Source: Malacoraja senta
Taxonomy: Eukaryota
Length of the DNA stretch: 64,000 nucleotides
NCBI GenBank assembly: GCA_038087875.1
Contig: CM075991.1
Coordinates: forward strand, 12,340,001-12,404,000
Direction: 5' to 3'
Shown here piece by piece: positions 49,758-64,000 of the stretch. Under the pieces are notes generated by a model. It was not told the origin of the DNA. It was given only the letters and a program-made list of their open reading frames with translations, and searched no databases. Within the stretch, counting starts at the first letter, position 1. Each line of letters opens with the position of its first letter. The translations under genes were made by a program, and so were the position numbers.

Positions 49758-50471
49758 ATGCCTAGTCCAAGAATCAACTATAGCACATTCTTTTGTCTTT
49801 TGTATAAAAATTCAAAAATTTTGGAATAACATTTTTGAAATTTTCTCTAAATTATTTAAAATAAAATTGAAACCGAATGCAGAACTGATTATTTTTGGAA
49901 CAACAGAAGCAAGTTTGGAGCTGACTGTGTTTCAAAGGAGTTTTCTTAGTTATGGTTTATTAACGGCAAAAAAACTGATATTGAAATTTTGGAAAAATGC
50001 CCCCACGCCAACAATAAAAATGTGGACTGTGGACATATGTCGGAATTGTTACATTTAGAAGATATGAGATTCCTCCTAGCAGGTAAACAAGACCAATTCC
50101 AAAAGATTTGGTCGCCATTTATCGACTTATTACAAACATAGGGTGCAACAAAATGTTGATAGTAAATGGTTTTAGGACCTGGCGAGGGGTGAGTAAAGAT
50201 AAGAAGTAGACACATCCCTTTCATATTGTCCTATCTTATTTTTTTTTTCTCTTTTTTTCTTTTCTTCTTTAACTACTTCTTGTGGTTTAGGTTCACAAGA
50301 GTGTTCCTGGACCACTTTCATTCACTCACTGACTATCTTTGCGAGCTCTTTCTATCCTTTTTTCTATTAAAGTTGAAGAATTGTATAAAATTATGTTATG
50401 TTATTGCAGATAACTGTAATGTAAAATACTTCTAATAAAAAATTTTTTTTTTTTAAATTAAAAATAAAAAA
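49758..50471 (+). mobile_element. 5'-truncated L1/Tx1-clade LINE with A-rich tail
   Basis: 14-bp TSD GAATCTTGAATCTC (49744-49757, 50472-50485); ELIIFG...AKKLILKFWK ORF2 C-terminus. Confidence 0.8.
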
Positions 50472-50576
50472 GAATCTTGAATCTCTTGAATCTTGATGAA
50501 GAAGGGTCCCAAAGGCAGATGTTCCCCTGGTGAAGACGGGAGGGGTGGTAGAGAAAGCTGGATAAGAGAGGTGGGG

Positions 50577-50930
50577 CACAGAGTGCTGGAGTAACTCAGC
50601 GGGTCTGGCAGCATTTGTGGAGAACATGGATAGGTGATGTTTCACAGAGTGCTGGAGTAACTCAGCGGGTCAGGCAGCATCTGTGGAGAACATGGATAGG
50701 TGACGTTTCACAGAGTGCTGGAGTAACTCAGCGGGTCAGGCAGCATCTGTGGAGAACATGGATAGATGACGTTTCACAGAGTGCTGGAGTAACTCAGTGG
50801 GTCAGGCAGCATCTGTGGAGAACATGGATAGGTGATGTTTCACAGAGGGCTGGAGTAACTCAGCGGGTCAGGCAGCATCTGTGGAGAGAAGGAATGGGTG
50901 ATCTTTCGGGTCGAGACCCTTCTTAGGACT
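50577..50930 (+). repeat. 66-bp tandem array
   Basis: About 4.7 units, ending in a degenerate minus-strand hammerhead motif. Confidence 0.9.
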
Positions 50931-52149
50931 GAGAGTCAGGGTGGGAGGGACGTTATAAACTAAACTGAACTATAAACTAAACATGACGGTAATAAACTAA
51001 ACTGAACTAAATTTGGGACTGAAGCGTGAGTGCGTGCATGTGTGAACAAGAGGACAATTGATTTGCATTGTGTCCTGATGTTTGCAATTACATTTTGCTG
51101 ACTCACTATTCCGTGTGTTTACAGAGATCCTCCAGTGCAGGTTGCTAAGTTCTGATTGTCATGAGGTATGTTGGAACTTTGTCAGTTTAACCACGAGGGA
51201 GACCGAGAGCTGCTGAATCTGTTTCCGTGCTTGTTTAAGGTCAGGGTTCAGCCGATTACTGTCAGTGCACTGTCGGCTTCTGGGGTTGGTGCTTTTAAAC
51301 CCAGTTGTGGTACATCAGCAACTATACCAAACTTTTGGGGGGTTTTTAATAGAGCTTTCGACTCAGGCAGCTCGTTCCATACACCCACCACCCTCTGTGT
51401 GAAAAAGTTTACCCCTCGGATTCCTTTTAAATCTTTTCCCCTTCACCTTAAACCTATGGAAGTTGGGACGTTCATGTCGAATTCTATAATGTGTTGTGTC
51501 ATTTTTCTTTTTTTTAATTTTTCTATGGATGTACGGAAACTTAAATATTATTTTTCTATGTAAAGCACTTTGGTTTCAACACGAGTTGATTTAAACATGC
51601 TATATAAATAACATTTACTTACTTACTTACTTACGTCCTCCGGTCCTCGTTTCCCCTACTGTGGGCAAGAGATTCTGTGCGTCTACCCGATCTATTCCTC
51701 TCATCAAATGTTGAGCTGTCAAACATTCATCACATGTTAACCCGAAAACTAGCGGCTGCAGCACTGTCAAAGTGCAGTCAGTGCTAAGATGCAGGAAAGC
51801 CAGCGGTCGATGTTCACATACTGTAGCGAGCTCTTACTAATAACAATATGATCATGACCAGCTCACCACCCTCACACTGGTGATTGAGATATAGCTATTG
51901 CCCAATTTGCACCGTGAGCTGAAGTAGCTAAAAATAACAAAAGTAGAACCATAACCACCAGTAAATGAAGAAAAATGGAAAACTTTGTCTGGTCATTTTC
52001 CATTTCCTCAGTGTCACTCCTCTGGTTCTGACTCACCTCCTCCAGTGCTGACATTCTCACTCTCACACGGTTTAAACTAAGCCAATGTACCCACACTTAT
52101 GAAAGGACTATTCCGAAGCCTGATAACAGAAGGCAAGTAGTACCTCAGA

Positions 52150-53155
52150 ATGCATTGATGGTGCCGAAATAGAGATGGTTGAAAGCTTGATGCTCCTAGG
52201 AGTAAATATCATCATCTGCAACTTGTCCTGGACACCGACAACTCTACTTCCTCAGAAGGCTAAAGGGCCTGTCCCACTTGGCAATTTTATCGGCGACTGT
52301 TGGCATCATTGACCTACGTATCAGGTCACCGAAAAAGTCGCGGCGTGAGAAGGAAGAGGTGGCATGCGGTGTGACGCGGCGTGATGACGTATTGACGCGC
52401 GGTGTTTCCTCAAGTGTCACAACATTTTTTTTGTCACCGCTGGATTTTGAAATGTTCAAAATCTTTCGGCGACCCTGATACGTCAGTCAATGACGCCGCC
52501 AGTCGCCGAAAAAAATCGCCAAGTGGGACAGGCCCTTGAGGTAGTTCGACATGTCCCCAAAAACTCTCGCCAACTTCTACAGATGCGCCATACAAAGCAT
52601 TTTATCACAGCATGGTTTCGGAACAGCTCCATCCAAGACCGCAAGAAATTGTGAGAATTGTGGATGCAGCCCAGACCATCACACACACAAACCAATCTCC
52701 CTTCTATTGACTCCATCTGTACTTCAAGCTGCCTCAGCAAGGCCAGCAGCATAATCAAGGATGAATCTTACCCTAGTCACTCCCTCTTCTCCCCTCTCCC
52801 ATCGGGCAAAAAGTAATGTAGTGTAAAAACACACACCTCCAGATTCAGGGACAGTTTCTTCCCAGCTGATATCAGGCAAATGAATCATCCTATCACCAAT
52901 TAGAGAGTGGTCCTGACCTCCCATCTACCTCATTGGAGACCCTCAGACTATCTTTAATCAGATTTTACTGGACTTTATCTTGCACTAAACATTATACCCT
53001 TTATCCTGAATCTGAATACTGTGGACGGCTTGATTGTAATCATGGATAGTCTTTCCATGATAGACTGGATAGCAGCAATAGAAATCTTTTCATTGTACCT
53101 CGATACACATGACAATAAACTAAACTACACTAAAATAAAATAAAATAAACTAAAC
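52150..53155 (+). mobile_element. Rex1/Babar-type LINE 3' part, interrupted by a MITE
   Basis: KTLANFYRCAIQSILS...ASIIKDESYPSHSLFSPLPSG; (CTAAA)n tail. Confidence 0.75.
52264..52536. mobile_element. Harbinger-type MITE (family B) inserted in a Rex1-type LINE
   Basis: AGGGCCTGTCCCAC...GTGGGACAGGCCCT; TAA/TGA flanks. Confidence 0.85.
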
Positions 53156-53792
53156 AAGAATCAATGGTTGAAGTCAAGGCAAAGAAGACTGATATGGAAA
53201 AAGAACTCTTCAGAAATGTGTAGGAAGAAACTGCAGATGCTGGTCTAAACAGCAGATGGACACAAAAAGCTGGAGTAACTCAGCGGGACAGGCAGTATCT
53301 CCAGAGAGAAGGAATGGGTGATGTTTCGGGTCAGTCTGAAGAAGGGTCTCGACCCAAAACGTCACCCATTCCTTCTCTCCAGAGATGCTGCCAGGCCTGC
53401 TGAGCTACTCCAGCTTTTTGTGTCTATCCATGGTTTGGAGGGATATTGGCCAAACATGGGCAGATGGACCAGCGTAGATGGGGCACCTCGGTCGACATGG
53501 GCAGGTTGGGCCGAAAGGGCCTGTTTCCATGTTGAATGACTCTACAGTGCTAAGTAGTTAGGATATGGAATGCCAGGGCACTACCAGCTTCGTGGTGAAG
53601 GCAGGTTCAATGCCATAATTCAAAGGAGAGCTGGGTAAGTATTTAAAAGGGGAAAAAAACATATTGGTGGTTGTGGTGAGAAGGCGAGTTGGACTTGCTG
53701 CTTTGCTCTATTTTACAGAATTTCCATGGCCTTGATGGGCCGAATGGCCTAGCTGTGTGCGGTAACCTTTCAGGGAATCTGTGCCATTAATG

Positions 53793-53909
<117 letters not shown>

Positions 53910-55871
53910 GAAACTGCAATATTAATGCTCTGTCCTTCTCAGTATCACTTCCTCCTCCAGGTCTCACCAGCTGAGTCATGCCGCAGTCTCTAAACTGGTT
54001 TATCCTGAAACTTGATCAGAGATGCATGTTAGTGCAGAAGGTGAACTGCACCCTTTTGCATGCAGCAAGGCACAGGCTGGCCTAGACATTCCTGTACAGA
54101 CAGCAGGATGCTCTACACTGTCCTATCACTGAGAAGGTGTAGAACCTTCCAGTGTTGTATGGGACTCCGGCCCGAGGATAACCTGCTGCCTGGAAACAAG
54201 TCTACTGACTCACTCCCTCTACTCCCCTTCCCCATCAGGCAAGAGCGACAGATGATTGAAAACACACACCTCCAGATTTAGGGATAGTTTCTTCCCAGCT
54301 GTTATCAGGCAACTGAACCATCCTACCACCAGCTAGAGAGTGGTCCTGACCTCCTATCTACCTCATTGGACCCTTGAAATATCTCTTATCGGACTTTATC
54401 TTGCATTAAATGTTATATCGTTTCATACCTGTAAGTTCCTAAAGTCATAGGAGCAGAATTAGACCATTCAGCCCATTGAGTCTACTCTACCATTCAATCA
54501 TAGCTGATCTATCTTTCCCTCTCAACCCATTCTCCTGCTTTCTCCCCTTTATCTTGTACCTGTACATTGCGGACGGCCTGATTGTAATCCTGTATAGTCT
54601 TTGATTGGTTAGCTCGCTAAACAAAAGCTTTTCACTGTACCTCAGGGAACATGACAACAATAAACTAAATTAAACTAGATTCTCCGGCACTGCGTAAATC
54701 TGGGGCCTGGATTCATACATTGAACATTAGTGGGATTAGATGGGAGGGTGACAAGGGTCAGAGGGTCAGTTGTGATGTTATTTGTTGGCCCGTTAGATTC
54801 CGAGGCAGAATGCCTGCTGTGTGTTTTGCTTTTCCAAATAATCACAGGTACAGCACCCAAGAAATTTGCCCCCATGTATACCAGCACGGCAGGAATGCAA
54901 CAAAGTACCAACCATTGACAGAAGGGTCTCGACCCGATTCCTTCTCTGCAGAGATGCTGCCTGACCCGCTGAGTTACTCCAGCTTTTTGTGCCTACCAAC
55001 CATTGACTGGCTGTTATGAATCAGTTCATAAATTCCTAGTCCCAACCAGCTCACCTTGACAAAGAGCTGCCCTCCACCTGCACAGCTTCAAGGTGAGAGG
55101 GGCAAAGATTAAAGGAGATGTGCGGGGCAATTTTTTTTAACACAGGTAGTTTATGGAATTCCCTGCCACAGAGGGCAGTGGAGGCCAAGTCACTGGATGG
55201 ATTTAAGAGAGAGTTGGATAGAGCTCTAGGGGCTAGTGGAGTCAAGGGATATGGGGAGAAGGCAGGCACGGGTTATTGATAGGGGATGATCCGCCATGAT
55301 CACAATGAATGGCGGTGCTGGCTCGAAGGGCCGAATGGCCTCCTCCTGCACCTATTTTCTATGTTTCTATGTTTCTATGTTAGTGGCGGGTGGCTGGAAT
55401 GGTGGTGGTGATGGAGGCAGATATGATCGTGGCGTTTGAGAGGCTTTTAGAAAGGAACATGGATATGCAGGGAATGAAAGGATACAGATCACTTGCAGGC
55501 AGAGATTGGTTTAACTTGGCATTGTATACAGCACGGACTTTGTGTTCCTGTGTTGTACTGTTCTGTGTTCTAATTTCTTTAGTAGGTCACTTTGGTCAGC
55601 AGACCGGGTTTTTAATTAACCAAGTAATTAAGAGTAAGTGGGGCCAACGAGGGAGGTCATGTATTATACACCACAGTTTGAATGCAGAGGCCAGCCACAA
55701 AGTGCTGGAGTAACTCAGCGGGACAGGCAGCATCTCTGGAGAGAAGGAATGGGTGACGCTTTGGGTCGAGACCCTTCTTCAGACTGAGAGTCAGGGGAGG
55801 GGGAGACATAGAGATATGGAAGGGAAGGGTGAGAAAAGGAGAGATCAAAGGGGACGATTATACTTCATACG

Positions 55872-56180
55872 GCACGGTGGCGCAGCGGTAGAGTTGCTGC
55901 CTCACAGCGCTCACAGTGCCAGAGATTCAGGTTTGTACGGGTGCTGTCTGTGCAGGGTTTGCATGTTCTCCCCGTGACCTTTGTGGGTTTTCTTCGAGAA
56001 CTTTGGTTTTCTCCCTCAATCCAAAGACGTGCAGGTTTGTAGGTTAATTGGCTTGGTATGAATGTAAAAATTGTCCCGAGTGTAGGATAGTGTTAGTGTG
56101 TGGGGATCGCTGGTCGGCGCGGACCCGGTGGGCCGAAGGGCCTGTTCCCGTGCTGTATCTCTTAAAACTAAAATTAAACG
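55872..56180 (+). mobile_element. V-SINE copy
   Basis: A box, V-domain and CR1-type tail. Confidence 0.8.
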
Positions 56181-56193
56181 AAACTAGATTGTC

Positions 56194-56393
56194 NNNNNNN
56201 NNNNNNNNNNNNNNNNNNNNNNNNNNNNNNNNNNNNNNNNNNNNNNNNNNNNNNNNNNNNNNNNNNNNNNNNNNNNNNNNNNNNNNNNNNNNNNNNNNNN
56301 NNNNNNNNNNNNNNNNNNNNNNNNNNNNNNNNNNNNNNNNNNNNNNNNNNNNNNNNNNNNNNNNNNNNNNNNNNNNNNNNNNNNNNNNNNNNN
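56194..56393. other. Assembly gap (200 N)
   Basis: Run of N. Confidence 0.99.

Positions 56394-64000
<7,607 letters not shown>

Overview
Vertebrate genomic DNA, almost certainly from a cartilaginous fish (skate/ray-like), judging by its V-SINE/HE1-type SINEs, CR1 LINEs and Penelope-derived repeats. It holds two convergent protein-coding genes. (1) The 3' end of a PRLHR-family GPCR (+, 1-312). (2) A complete RAB11FIP1 gene on the minus strand: six coding exons between 46457 and 14279, all with GT-AG junctions; a 2052-bp frame-preserving cassette exon; predicted proteins of about 1341 and 657 aa; a probable non-coding first exon; and a CpG-island promoter near 48.0-48.4 kb. Coding exon 1 has a 1-bp deletion relative to the expected frame, most likely an assembly error. 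The rest is dense, nested repeats: SINEs, CR1, L2, Rex1-type and L1/Tx1 LINE fragments, Harbinger and hAT-type MITEs, minisatellites, two 200-N gaps and a 7.6-kb CA-rich array. The most interesting signal is an abundant Penelope-linked repeat carrying a minimal hammerhead ribozyme core (CUGANGA-A-stemII-GAAAC-GUH). It occurs dispersed, as fold-back pairs, with a 15-bp target-site duplication, and as 66-bp tandem arrays. Also notable: an L2 insertion splitting a RAB11FIP1 3' splice site, a ~2.4-kb intronic inverted duplication and a perfect 60-bp palindrome. All calls were made by eye, with no database searches.
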